This document shows, one piece after another, positions 45,379-55,709 of a stretch of 64,000 nucleotides of DNA. The position numbers and the translations under genes are program-made. The DNA is from Candidatus Bathyarchaeia archaeon. Its GTDB lineage: Archaea > Thermoproteota > Bathyarchaeia > Bathyarchaeales > Bathycorpusculaceae. The notes beneath the pieces were generated by a model. The model saw only the letters and a list, made by a program, of their open reading frames with translations, was not told where the DNA came from and searched no databases. The stretch spans positions 64,001-128,000 of the forward strand of contig JBEKBM010000003.1 in assembly GCA_050015395.1 (NCBI GenBank), written 5' to 3'. How positions within the stretch are numbered: the first letter of the stretch is position 1; each line of letters opens with the position of its first letter.

Positions 45379-46770
45379 TCACAAAAGCAGCTTTATATCG
45401 TCGAATGCTGCCAGAACCTTCCTTCCACGCTCAGTGATTCGGAAGAATTTCTTGCCGTTCTCCTCATAGCCGACCACCAACCCCTTATCTGACAGCTCGT
45501 TAAGATGTTGATAGACAGCAGCGCGCGTCATTATCTTGCCCAATTGCTTCCATAAATCATAACCGTACGTGTCCTTTTCACTGAGAATTTTAAGAATTTT
45601 CTCTTTGGTACTTACTGCAAGCCCTAAGCCTGCGGTTTTCTGTTTTTTCGTCATCGCCTGCAGAACATCGGTCGCTTTTAGCCCGCTTCCCGTGATGAGG
45701 CAGACTACGCTGCTGTCGCTGGAAATTCGGTCAACTTTCAATTTCTGCAATGCTGCCACGGTGGCTGCGCTGGCTGGTTCAGCGAAGACTCCTTCAAGTT
45801 TAGCGACTTGAAGCTCTGCAGCCAAAATATCCGCGTCTGAGACGGTTAAAGCTAAGCCGTTTGATTCTTGAATCGCTTTAATTGCTAATTCGCTTTGTAA
45901 TGGCTCGCCAACAAGAATGGCTAAGGCGCGTGTGGATGGGTTGCAGGATTTTGAAGATGATTGTTCTGTCAGTTCGTTGACTATTGGGGCGCAGCCTTCT
46001 GTCTGGACTCCTGCCATCCGCGGTAACGAGCGGGTTAGCCCTAGTTGTTTGAGTTCTTTGAAGCCTTTCCAAAGAGAATAGATGGTCCCGCCGCTTCCCA
46101 TCGAAACTATAACCCAGTCTGGAACCGCAAACTGTTCATTAATTTCGAACGAAATAGTTTTTTGAGCTTCAACAACCAACGGGTTGAGTTCGGCGGTGGC
46201 TTGGTACCAGCCTGTTTCCTTGGCTAAGGCAGAAGCTTTGCGGATTGAGTCATCCACAATGTCGCCTGATTCCTCGATGACGGCGTCGTAAGCAATCATC
46301 TGCGCCAGTTTTCCAACATCGACAACTTTGGGAACCAAGACGTGGCATATCAACCCTGCTTTTGCGCTGTAGGCAGCTAAAGAAGCGCCCATGTTCCCGT
46401 TAGTGGCGCATACTATTGCCTCAAAGCCTTGGTCAATCGCGTTTGATGTCAAGAAAGCTGCTGCGCGATCTCTGTAAGAGTTTGTGGGGTTGCGGGTTTC
46501 ATCCTTCAAATAGAGATCTTTCAATCCGACGGCTTTAGCAAGCCTTTCAGCCTTATGCAATGGTGTTCCGCCCTCTCCCAAACTGATCATGTGCTTAACT
46601 GGCGGAAGCATCTCTCTGTATCTCCAGAATCCTTGAGTTCCTGAAAGCTTCAATTTTTCACCTTCAGGTAAGTCAGCTATAAATTCGAGTGTACCGCCGC
46701 ATTTTTCACATTTACTTCTCAACGGGTAAACTGGAAACTCTGTGCCGCAGCGAATGCATCGAAGCATCAA
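45379..46770 (-). CDS. Threonine-synthase-like protein (PLP Lys to Arg) fused to a C-terminal PadR-like wHTH
   Basis: SLGEGGTPL, NPTNSYRDR (canonical NPTxSFKDR), EPASA, TGSGLK; tail ILKILSEKDTYGYDLWK...VYQHLNELSDKGLV...FFRITERG. Confidence 0.88.
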   Translation of the reverse strand: MMLRCIRCGTEFPVYPLRSKCEKCGGTLEFIADLPEGEKLKLSGTQGFWRYREMLPPVKHMISLGEGGTPLHKAERLAKAVGLKDLYLKDETRNPTNSYRDRAAAFLTSNAIDQGFEAIVCATNGNMGASLAAYSAKAGLICHVLVPKVVDVGKLAQMIAYDAVIEESGDIVDDSIRKASALAKETGWYQATAELNPLVVEAQKTISFEINEQFAVPDWVIVSMGSGGTIYSLWKGFKELKQLGLTRSLPRMAGVQTEGCAPIVNELTEQSSSKSCNPSTRALAILVGEPLQSELAIKAIQESNGLALTVSDADILAAELQVAKLEGVFAEPASAATVAALQKLKVDRISSDSSVVCLITGSGLKATDVLQAMTKKQKTAGLGLAVSTKEKILKILSEKDTYGYDLWKQLGKIMTRAAVYQHLNELSDKGLVVGYEENGKKFFRITERGRKVLAAFDDIKLLL

Positions 46771-46918
46771 GTTTTATTCCTACTTACTGCATATCGGAAG
46801 AGCCTTTTATGTTATGCCATTTGCCGATTAGTTCTGTTCTTTTGAAGCAAAGCATTTAGAAGAGGAAAATCTAAATGGGAGTTCACTGCAAAATAGATAC
46901 GATTATGAGTGATAATTC

Positions 46919-47296
46919 ATGAGCGTAAGAGAAGACCCAATAAAAATGCATAAAGAAGCTAATTCGCTGATGGAAAACGGCAAATACGTTGAAGCAAGAG
47001 ACATTTTTGTAAAAACAGCTGAACTTTACTATAAAGGGCAGAACTATTTCGGGTCAGCAGAAATGTACTATAAGGCTGGCGAATGCGCCTTTGCCCTCAA
47101 AGAATATGAGAAAGGCGTGGAATTTTTTATGAAGTCCGCTGATATCTCGTTTAATAAGGGATTCGACAGGTACGGCGTTAGCGCGCTTGATTATGCACGA
47201 GACTGCCAAAAAGCCTTAGGCAACACAAAGGAAGTTGAAGAGCTAAGCAAGAAAATTAAAGAAGTCAAAGAAAAACTCGAAAGCTCTGGTTTCTGA
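46919..47296 (+). CDS. TPR/SNAP-like helical repeat protein
   Basis: Repeated A-x-x-Y/F helices (AELYYK, AEMYYKAGECA). Confidence 0.7.
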   Translation: MSVREDPIKMHKEANSLMENGKYVEARDIFVKTAELYYKGQNYFGSAEMYYKAGECAFALKEYEKGVEFFMKSADISFNKGFDRYGVSALDYARDCQKALGNTKEVEELSKKIKEVKEKLESSGF

Positions 47297-47405
47297 GAGC
47301 CCAATTTTTCTTTTTATCCCGAATTCTAGTTTTTTTAACCTTAAGCAATTAAATAAGTAGCGTACGCGTTATTTTCTATTAGCCAAAATTTTTCGGTTTC
47401 AAATC

Positions 47406-47533
47406 ATGCGTGATTATTCAAATCCCTCGCCGAATTGCTTGAAAAAGTCGAAGCGACAAAAAAACGGCTAGAAATCATAGATTTAACCGCAAACTACCTG
47501 AAAACGCTTAATCCAGATAAAAGGCAAATATAA
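47406..47533 (+). pseudogene. N-terminal fragment of an ATP-dependent DNA ligase
   Basis: 47414-47533 reads LFKSLAELLEKVEATKKRLEIIDLTANYLKTL, like archaeal ligase N-termini; start broken and early stop. Confidence 0.6.
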
Positions 47534-47562
47534 CACTAACTAACAACACTTCATTCTGGAGA

Positions 47563-48612
47563 ATGGTTAATGTGGATGAGGCAGAAAAGAAAGCGTTCGC
47601 TAAAGAATTCTACAGTCGCCAAACAATACTAAAAGAACTGGGCGAAAAAGGACAGCGGCAAATAGCCAAATCTAAAGTTGCAATTGTCGGCGCCGGAGGA
47701 TTAGGGACCGTTTCATCACTCTATCTCGCTTTAGCTGGCGTCGGCTACATACGCTTAATCGACCAAGACACCATAGAAACTCATAACCTGCACAGGCAAA
47801 TCCTATACAACACTGACGACTTGCATTATCCAAAGACTGAAGTTGCCGCAAAAAAACTGGAAAAACTCAACCCGCTCATAACCGTTGAAGCAATTCCAGA
47901 AAATGTGAACGCAGGCAACGTTGAACGACTTTTAGATGGTGTCGACTGTGTTGTTGACGGCTTAGATAACATGGTGACTCGTTACCTTGTTAATCGTGCC
48001 TGCGTAAAATTGAAGATTCCGTACGTTTTCGGCGCAGCCATCGGTATTGAAGGCAATCTCTCGGTGTTTGCTCCGCCTGAAACTGGCTGCTTGGAATGTT
48101 TGATGCCTAACCTTTCCGATACGGATTTACTAACGTGTAGTACCCGTGGAGTCCTTGGGGCAACAACTGGAATAATCGGCGCTTTGCAAGCCATGGAAAC
48201 AATAAAACTCTTAGCTGGTATAGGCTCAACTTTAAAGGGTAAACTGCTGGTCTGCGACTTCAGCGACATGGATTTCACCAATATAGACATTTCAAAAAGC
48301 ACCCGCTGTCCAGTCTGTCACGGAGACTTATCTTCAGTAGCTAGCGGTGAACGGCTGGTTTGGCTTTGCGGACGAGACACAGCTAACATTAACCCTGAAA
48401 AACCATTAAAGCTGAACCTTGAGGAGATTTACCCAATGGTGAACAAGCGGTTTAGTGTTAGTTTAAAGTCACGTTTGGCTCTTATGTTTAATTACAAGGG
48501 TTATGAGGTTAGCTTGTTTAACGGTGGACGCATGCTAATCAAGAATGTTGCAAGCGAAAAAGAAGCCTTGAAGGCTTACAGGGAAATAATCAGCACTTTA
48601 AACGCTTCTTAA
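47563..48612 (+). CDS. ThiF/MoeB/HesA (E1-like) adenylyltransferase
   Basis: YSRQ, VGAGGLG, DQD...NLHRQ, DN, CLEC, CPVC. Confidence 0.93.
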   Translation: MVNVDEAEKKAFAKEFYSRQTILKELGEKGQRQIAKSKVAIVGAGGLGTVSSLYLALAGVGYIRLIDQDTIETHNLHRQILYNTDDLHYPKTEVAAKKLEKLNPLITVEAIPENVNAGNVERLLDGVDCVVDGLDNMVTRYLVNRACVKLKIPYVFGAAIGIEGNLSVFAPPETGCLECLMPNLSDTDLLTCSTRGVLGATTGIIGALQAMETIKLLAGIGSTLKGKLLVCDFSDMDFTNIDISKSTRCPVCHGDLSSVASGERLVWLCGRDTANINPEKPLKLNLEEIYPMVNKRFSVSLKSRLALMFNYKGYEVSLFNGGRMLIKNVASEKEALKAYREIISTLNAS

Positions 48613-48813
48613 GTAGCGGTCACTAAGGGTAGGATAGTCTAGTTTTTAGCTAGTCAAAATACGCCTAACAACTAAGTATTGGCAGAGGATAGATAGGGCA
48701 TAATTTTTGTTATTGAATTTCTCTAGCAAATAGTATACCTCTCTTCCCCTCTTTGGCTAACTTCTCAAAAAAGCGTTTGAATCCTCGCTATGAAGTACGT
48801 TTTTTCTCAGCGG

Positions 48814-50160
48814 CTATAGCATTAGGTGAAAGCCCATGCTCAATTCAGCCCACAGCACCAATGATGCTACAGCAACTTCCACTATGGACAATACAGCACC
48901 TACTTTCAGGTATTCTTTAAGGCTAAGGTTGATGCCTTTCCGCCGCATCGTTTCCATCCACATCAGAATAGCCAGTGATCCCAAGGGGAAAAAGTGGGGA
49001 CCCAAGTTGTTCCCAATCACATTGCTGAAAATCAAACGTGTTAATGTTGTTCCAGTTACGGCTGCTTGCTTGATGCTGAGCAAACCTAGAATCGTCATCG
49101 GCCAGTTGTTCATGAAACTCGCCCCGACGGTTACAACCATGCTTGGCGCAAAAACTCCTAGCACGGAGGGAAACTTGCTAGTCGTCTCGAGCGCAGAGGC
49201 TAACAGGTTGGTTATTCCAGCAGTTTCCAATCCCTGGACCACTATGAAAATGCTAAGCATGAACAACAAGATGTCCCAATTTATGTCCCTTGCCAACCCA
49301 GCGAGCCCTTTCCGCTCGCCGTTCACTGAGCCATCGTGCTTCAACGTAAACCAGTAAACCGCCACCAGAAACACCGCGCCGCTGCAAATTACGAGCGAAA
49401 CTGGAACCCTGCTTAAAGAAGTTAAAATGTAGCCTACATCGATTGCTACAAGCGTAGCCATGCTTATCCTCAACAAACTAGGTGAAATCACGGTTTTTCC
49501 TCTGGTTAAAGCATCCGCAGCTTCAACATTGTAAGTCCTTGGTATCCGTTTCCTGAAAAACAGGTAAACCAACAGCAAACTGCTGGCGATTGTTGCCGCT
49601 GCCACGGGACCCATAAAAATTAAGTGGTCGATGAAGGTGTACTTGAAAAAATCGGCGCTCAAGATGTTGATTGGGTTGCTTGTAATCAACGGCATGCCAG
49701 CAGTATCCGCGATTAATCCAGCACTGAAAAGGTATGCAAGCTTACCCTTTGAGTCTATATTCAAGCAAGTCACAATCTCCAACACAATCGGGATTAAAAT
49801 CAAAACTGCGCTGTCATTCGCAAAAAGAACACTCACAGCCGCCGTTAGCAAAGCAACATAGAAGTAAAGCCGCAACCCGCTCCCGCCAGCTAACTTTACT
49901 ACCCGCAACGCAGCCCACCTAAAAAAGCCCATAGCATCCAACGTCACAGACAACGCTACGATTCCGAGAAACGCCAAAGCTGCATCCCAAATGCTCAAGA
50001 AAGACTGTGCAGCCTGCCCCAAACTAACCGTACCAAGCAATAGTGAAGCTGCCGCGCCGATTCCAGCCGCGTAGCCAAGCCGCAAACCATGTGGACGCTT
50101 AATCATCAAAAAGAGCGTTACCACAAAGACAGCTACTGCAGCAACTCCAATGTAATCCAA
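48814..50160 (-). CDS. ArsB/NhaD-family transporter
   Basis: FANDSAVLIL, SNPINI, MNNWP, PLGSLAILMW. Confidence 0.88.
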   Translation of the reverse strand: MDYIGVAAVAVFVVTLFLMIKRPHGLRLGYAAGIGAAASLLLGTVSLGQAAQSFLSIWDAALAFLGIVALSVTLDAMGFFRWAALRVVKLAGGSGLRLYFYVALLTAAVSVLFANDSAVLILIPIVLEIVTCLNIDSKGKLAYLFSAGLIADTAGMPLITSNPINILSADFFKYTFIDHLIFMGPVAAATIASSLLLVYLFFRKRIPRTYNVEAADALTRGKTVISPSLLRISMATLVAIDVGYILTSLSRVPVSLVICSGAVFLVAVYWFTLKHDGSVNGERKGLAGLARDINWDILLFMLSIFIVVQGLETAGITNLLASALETTSKFPSVLGVFAPSMVVTVGASFMNNWPMTILGLLSIKQAAVTGTTLTRLIFSNVIGNNLGPHFFPLGSLAILMWMETMRRKGINLSLKEYLKVGAVLSIVEVAVASLVLWAELSMGFHLML

Positions 50161-50293
50161 GACTAAGCCTCACGTTGTTTTAGCAAGCGATGCTTTCAAG
50201 TATAAAAAATTAGCTTACCAAACAAACAATAACTTGATATAGTCAAGAAAGAAATTGCGCAAAAAAGAAAATTAAAAGATGGAAAAAAGAATT

Positions 50294-51361
50294 TTATTCT
50301 TGCTTCTTCTGCTTTCCAGGCCTAAGTGAGCGTACGGTTACGCCTGTACGCCACATTTCGCTGTTACCCATCGCTTTAAGTTCGTCAGCCAGCTTCTGCC
50401 TGTAATCTGGTGCTTTGCTTCTTTCAAGCACTATGCGTGTTTCTTCGCCTGCAGCCACCAAATCGTACAATGAATCGAACAGCGGTTTGGTTCCGTCGCG
50501 GAAGCGTTCTCTCCATCGTAATGCGCCGATGCGCGCGGTTTCACTGCAGTTGCAGTACATCCAGTCCATGCCGTTCTCATCAACTAAGCGAATTAGGCTT
50601 TGCGTAAGTTCCTCGACAGTTTCGTTGAAAGCTTCGCTTGGGCTGTGCCCACGTTCCCGCAACGTATTATATTGAGCTTCCATTATGCCTGCTAAAGCAC
50701 CCATTAAAACGCCTCTTTCGCCAGTTAGGTCGCTGTACACTTCTTTCTCGAATGTTGTCGGGAATAAGTAGCCTGAACCTATGGCGATGCCGAGGGCTTT
50801 GACGCGGTCTTGAGCTTTACCCGTTGCGTCTTGGTGGACAGCGAAGCTGCAGTTTATGCCGCTTCCATCAACAAAGTTTCTGCGGACACTCGTGCCTGAA
50901 CCTTTTGGCGCGACCAGAATTACATCTATGTCTTTTGGTGGAATGACGCCTGTCTGTTCTTTATACACGATGCTGAATCCATGGCTGAAGTACAGTGCGT
51001 CTCCCGCTTTGAGAGTTTTTTTGATGGTTGGCCAGACTTGTTTTTGCCCTGAGTCAGTTAAAAGGAACAGCTTGATGGTTCCTTTTTTGGCTGCTTCTTC
51101 CATGGGGAAGAGGTTTTCGCCTGGTTTCCAGCCGTCGGCAACTGCCTTATCCCATTCTTTCTTGAAAACGCCGGTGTTTTCTTGTCCTATGATTACTTTT
51201 ATTCCGTTGTCTCGCATGTTTAGTGACTGCGCTTGGCCTTGAATGCCGTAGCCAAGTGAAACAACGACTTCGTCTTTTAGGATTTTTTGGGCTTGCGCCA
51301 CTGTAAACTCTTTACGAGTAATGACGTCTTCTACGACGCCACCGAAATCCATCTTTACCAT
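50294..51361 (-). CDS. ilvC: Ketol-acid reductoisomerase
   Basis: GYGIQGQAQSLNMRD, FSHGF, VAPKGSG, SDLTGERG. Confidence 0.96.
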   Translation of the reverse strand: MVKMDFGGVVEDVITRKEFTVAQAQKILKDEVVVSLGYGIQGQAQSLNMRDNGIKVIIGQENTGVFKKEWDKAVADGWKPGENLFPMEEAAKKGTIKLFLLTDSGQKQVWPTIKKTLKAGDALYFSHGFSIVYKEQTGVIPPKDIDVILVAPKGSGTSVRRNFVDGSGINCSFAVHQDATGKAQDRVKALGIAIGSGYLFPTTFEKEVYSDLTGERGVLMGALAGIMEAQYNTLRERGHSPSEAFNETVEELTQSLIRLVDENGMDWMYCNCSETARIGALRWRERFRDGTKPLFDSLYDLVAAGEETRIVLERSKAPDYRQKLADELKAMGNSEMWRTGVTVRSLRPGKQKKQE

Positions 51362-51597
51362 TTTATTTTTCCTCAAGCCAGACACTTTAGAGGACGCGGT
51401 AATTAAGAATTATCCCTCGAAATTAACTGTAGCTTGCGATTTCCATTAAAGCGTGAGACAAAACACTATGGATAATACATGTTGCTTAGGAAAACAAGCC
51501 TTCATCGTTGAACCCTCCTGCAGAATTCGTGACTAACTATGGCTGTTCCTTAGTCAACAAATACTATTTTGCTATAGTACCTTATGGTGAAAAACAA

Positions 51598-52527
51598 ATG
51601 AGTCAACTATCTAATCCGTTAGAAGTTTTGAAATCACTCTCAGAAGCAACAAGCTTGCTAATCAAGAAAATCTCGCAGTCAGTAGTTAGCGTAAAATCGC
51701 AAATGTCACACGGCACAGGCGTCGTCTTAACCAAAGACGGCTACATCGTCACCTGCAACCATGTTCTAGCAGGATGCAACACACTAAAAATAGGTCAAGA
51801 AGAAAAAACCTTCAACGCAAAAATCGTTGGATCCGACCCGTACAATGACATAGCCTTGCTAAAGGCGGAGAAAGGCGAATTTACACCCATAGAACTGGGC
51901 GATTCAGAAAAACTAAGCGTAGGCCAATACGTTTTGGCACTTGCTAACCCGTTTAATAGAAACCAGTCAACCGCCACCACCGGCATCGTAACTAGCGTAA
52001 ACAGCACTCTTAGAGGCTGGCGTGGAACACAAATGGAAAACATAATCGCAACTGACGCGCAGCTTAATCCAGGCTTCAGCGGCGGACCACTTGTGGATGT
52101 GGAAGGCAGAATCATCGGTATAAACGCGGCTTATGTTTGGCAAAGAGGCATCGCTATTCCAATAAACAAGGTGAAAGCAGTCGCTGACAGGCTAATGACT
52201 GGACGAGTAACTCAGAAAGGTTACCTTGGCATAATCGCTAACACAGTGGCTATTCCCGAGGAAATCGCTGAGCAAGCAGGCTTAGAACAGGAAAGCGGAG
52301 TAATGATTTTCTCCGTTGAACCGGGCTCACCAGCACGCAAAGCAGGCTTAGCCATGGGCGACGTACTAGTAAAATTCAACGGCAAACCCGTCACTGACTT
52401 CTACGACCTACCAAGACTACTCGCTGAAGACGTGATAGATAAAGAAACCAAGCTAACCATCATCCGACGAGAAAACCTAATCGAAGTAACAATTACCCCA
52501 ACCGTTCACGGAGGCGAAGAAGACTGA
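51598..52527 (+). CDS. HtrA/DegP-family serine protease with a PDZ domain, no signal peptide
   Basis: TCNHV, DIALL, NPGFSGGPL triad; GSPARKAGL PDZ. Confidence 0.93.
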   Translation: MSQLSNPLEVLKSLSEATSLLIKKISQSVVSVKSQMSHGTGVVLTKDGYIVTCNHVLAGCNTLKIGQEEKTFNAKIVGSDPYNDIALLKAEKGEFTPIELGDSEKLSVGQYVLALANPFNRNQSTATTGIVTSVNSTLRGWRGTQMENIIATDAQLNPGFSGGPLVDVEGRIIGINAAYVWQRGIAIPINKVKAVADRLMTGRVTQKGYLGIIANTVAIPEEIAEQAGLEQESGVMIFSVEPGSPARKAGLAMGDVLVKFNGKPVTDFYDLPRLLAEDVIDKETKLTIIRRENLIEVTITPTVHGGEED

Positions 52528-52756
52528 TAAACCGTTCCCCATTAGAGCTTGAACCACCCGAACCAATGCGCCCACCGCCACTTCGACGTTCACCTTACCC
52601 GATGCCGCAACTCAGCAATGCAAGCGCTGTTGCTTCAATGGCTCCTTTCCCATCTGTTTTCGATTAACGAAAGGAGCAACCTTTTTTATTTTTTTAATTC
52701 GGCTATGTACTTAACTTATAAGTAAATTCTACCTATCCAATATTAAAGTGGTTTAA

Positions 52757-53152
52757 ATGCACGCTGCGCTTGCTGTCATTATTGGGGTTTTAGTAGCCAT
52801 TGGGGCACTTCTTTTGTTTGCAGCCGTTTTAGGAATAACTTATTATGGGGTAGCTGTTCCACTTGAAGGTTCTCTTGCAGCAACTCTCTTTGTCGTAGCA
52901 TTGATTGTAGCGTTGATTTTTTATGCGGGGGTCAAGGCTCAGTTTAGGCGGGTAAAAACAGGCAAAGAAGCCTTAATCGGTGCCAGAGGCATAGCAACAA
53001 GTGACCTTAAACCTAAAGGTGAAGTCCGCGTTATAGGCGAGTTCTGGGAAGCCACCGCCAAAGATACGACAATAACTGCTGGCCAAGCAGTGGAAGTTGT
53101 AAGCATGGACGGCGTGTATCTTGTAGTTAAGCCAGCCGAGCAAAAAGCTTAA
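52757..53152 (+). CDS. NfeD-like protein (short, OB-fold)
   Basis: TGKEALIG, GEVRVIGEFWEA; adjacent to the SPFH gene. Confidence 0.9.
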   Translation: MHAALAVIIGVLVAIGALLLFAAVLGITYYGVAVPLEGSLAATLFVVALIVALIFYAGVKAQFRRVKTGKEALIGARGIATSDLKPKGEVRVIGEFWEATAKDTTITAGQAVEVVSMDGVYLVVKPAEQKA

Positions 53153-53192
53153 CTCTCCAGAGTGCAGAATACTTATTGAAGGTGTGAATTAA

Positions 53193-54059
53193 ATGTCGGC
53201 AGTTATAGAGGGTACGATTGGGTTCATAGCTTTTGTAGTTGTAATTTTCGTGTTAAGCGGCATTCGAGTGCTAAGAGAATGGGAACGAATGCCTGTACTA
53301 CGATTAGGGCGGTATGTAGGCTTGAAAGGTCCTGGCATCATATACCTCATACCCCTCATCGATCGTGCACCCATGAAAATCTCCACTCGACTAGACACTA
53401 TACAATTCAGGACCGAATCAACCCTCACAAAAGACAACGTTCCCGTAAATGTAGACTCAGTACTATACATGAGACCCGTAGATCTGGAAAAAGCAGTCCT
53501 GCAAGTTGAAAACTACCTCCAAGCCTCGCAGCTGGCGTCACAGACTACGCTTAGAGAAGTCATAGGAAAAGTCAGCCTTAATGAGTTGCTTGCTGAACGC
53601 GAAAAAGTCGGAGCGCGCCTGCGTGAAATTATCGACGAAAAAACTGAGGCATGGGGCATAAAAGTCACAGCCGTCGAAGTCCGAGACGTCATAATACCGA
53701 GTAACCTGCAAGACGCCATGAGCCGCCAAGCGCAGGCTGAACGGGAACGTATGGCAAGAGTAACCTTAGCCACAGCTGAGTTCGAAGCGTCACAAAAAAT
53801 GATTGAAGCAGCAAAAGCGTACGAGGCAAGCCCAACAGGCCTAAGACTTAGGTGGATGAACATACTCTACGAGTTAGGTCAGCAATCACAAACAAACACA
53901 ATCATGTTAGTGCCCGCGGTCATGCCGGAAGCAGGCTGGCCTCCAGTTGGAGTCTACGGCTTCAAAGACCTAACTATGGCACAACAGGAAGTGGCAAAGA
54001 AAAGACCAATGGCAAAAATAGAACCACCGCCACAACAACCCCCTGAACAACCAGAGTAA
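53193..54059 (+). CDS. SPFH/stomatin-family protein
   Basis: LRLGR, GPG, TKDNV, QTTLREVIG, QAQAERER. Confidence 0.95.
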   Translation: MSAVIEGTIGFIAFVVVIFVLSGIRVLREWERMPVLRLGRYVGLKGPGIIYLIPLIDRAPMKISTRLDTIQFRTESTLTKDNVPVNVDSVLYMRPVDLEKAVLQVENYLQASQLASQTTLREVIGKVSLNELLAEREKVGARLREIIDEKTEAWGIKVTAVEVRDVIIPSNLQDAMSRQAQAERERMARVTLATAEFEASQKMIEAAKAYEASPTGLRLRWMNILYELGQQSQTNTIMLVPAVMPEAGWPPVGVYGFKDLTMAQQEVAKKRPMAKIEPPPQQPPEQPE

Positions 54060-54183
54060 ACAAACCTTTTTTCCTTCTTTTTCCTTTTTGTCGGCAAGGC
54101 CCAGAAACGTTAGAACTTATTGAATTTGTAACTGAAAAAGATGAGCTTTTGGCTTGAACGGGAATCAAAAACAAGAAAATCAG

Positions 54184-55221
54184 TTATGTTTGCTTGGTCG
54201 GAGCTGCTTTTACTGCTTTCACAGTGTGCTCCAGCAAAAGTTGAGCCGCTTCTTGGCTAGGCCAGCCGCCTAAACCGCAGTCAGGACCCGTAAAAGTCAT
54301 TCGGTCGCCGTATTTTTCTTTGGCAACTTTGTATCTTTTCATTATCGTTTCTTCTGGCTCAACCAATTGCTCAGCTGAAGGTTTAGCGACGCCTTTCTCA
54401 TAGAGTTCAGCCAAAATGCTGTCAATGTCTGTTCTGGAAACGCCTACTCTGATTTGCTTATCCGCCTTCTCCAGCAAACTTTTAGGAACTGATTCAATGT
54501 TGCTTGGCGAAGCCGCATACTCAAACGATAACACATCAAGGTTTTTAACGCAAAGCAAATCATGCACTCCAGAAGCTGAATGCAAGTGAATCTGCCGTGT
54601 GGCTCCTTGGAAATCAAATGCTTTCTCAAGTACCTCGCAAATCAAGTCAGGTGTGGTTTGGATGTTGTTGAAGCCGAAGCTTGGCTCGTCAATAGAAACT
54701 ACTTTGGTTTCGATGTACTTGTTGTTTAAGAGGGCGTTTTTTGCAAACCGCCTAATTGTCTCCGCAAAACCGTCCAGCACATCAGCGTAAGCTGTTTTTC
54801 CAACCTCATGCAAATACTGCTCCAGAGGACCAAAAACTGAAACGCGCAACTGAATTTTTTTGCCGAATTCTTCGCTGAGGACTTTGGCTTGTTGATTGAT
54901 TAAGTGTACTTCGGGAAAAACTGCTTTGTCTTGGTCAACAACAAAGGAGCCATTCGCCATTGCTAAGTGGATTACATCGCCGACTTGTTTGATCCCATCG
55001 TACTGTTGAGGAAAGTTAACGACATCTAAGCCCGAAGCGACTTTTTTCTTAAATGAATCAAGTACTATTTGGCTGAAATTGCTTTGTAAAAAGTTATCCT
55101 TCGTTATATCCTTGCCTTGGAATATTGCTTCTCTTGCAAGCTGGTACGCCTTGCTAAAGCTTTCTCTTCCAACTCCGAATGGCAACGGGAAACTGCCTAT
55201 GTCGTCAACTAAAGTCTCCAT
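54184..55221 (-). CDS. Cobalamin-independent methionine synthase-like protein (single-domain core type)
   Basis: IGSFP, SIDEP, HLHS, FE, GPDCGL. Confidence 0.8.
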   Translation of the reverse strand: METLVDDIGSFPLPFGVGRESFSKAYQLAREAIFQGKDITKDNFLQSNFSQIVLDSFKKKVASGLDVVNFPQQYDGIKQVGDVIHLAMANGSFVVDQDKAVFPEVHLINQQAKVLSEEFGKKIQLRVSVFGPLEQYLHEVGKTAYADVLDGFAETIRRFAKNALLNNKYIETKVVSIDEPSFGFNNIQTTPDLICEVLEKAFDFQGATRQIHLHSASGVHDLLCVKNLDVLSFEYAASPSNIESVPKSLLEKADKQIRVGVSRTDIDSILAELYEKGVAKPSAEQLVEPEETIMKRYKVAKEKYGDRMTFTGPDCGLGGWPSQEAAQLLLEHTVKAVKAAPTKQT

Positions 55222-55283
55222 AAAGTATTATTGACTCTATAAATTCTATTAAAGCTAACCCTACCCTTAAACCGCTGAAAGGT

Positions 55284-55709
55284 ATGACTCTTATGTCCGA
55301 ATGCATATTCTGCCAGATAATCCGCAAAGAAGCGCCTGCAAGCATAGTTTACGAGGACGCGCAAGTAGTGGCTTTCTTAAGTAACCGACCCGTAAACGTT
55401 GGGCACGTGCTTGTGGCTCCAAAAAAGCATTACGAGAATATTTACGAGATTCCAGAGGAAGAAGCAGCTTACCTGTTCAAGATAGTCAAGAAGATTGCAC
55501 ACGCCGTTAAAACCGCAACAGGCATTGAAGGCATAAGAATTGTACAGAATAATGGTGAAGCGGCTGGGCAAGTGGTTTTTCACTTGCATGTGCATGTTAT
55601 TCCAATGAAACCGTACAGTCAGTTCCGCCATGAAAACGGTTTCAGAGCTATTGAGTTGCTGGATAAGGACGCTGAGAAAATAAAACAGCAATTAATAACC
55701 AAAAATTAG
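55284..55709 (+). CDS. HIT-family hydrolase
   Basis: CIFC, GHVLVAPKKH, AGQVVFHLHVHVIP. Confidence 0.95.
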   Translation: MTLMSECIFCQIIRKEAPASIVYEDAQVVAFLSNRPVNVGHVLVAPKKHYENIYEIPEEEAAYLFKIVKKIAHAVKTATGIEGIRIVQNNGEAAGQVVFHLHVHVIPMKPYSQFRHENGFRAIELLDKDAEKIKQQLITKN

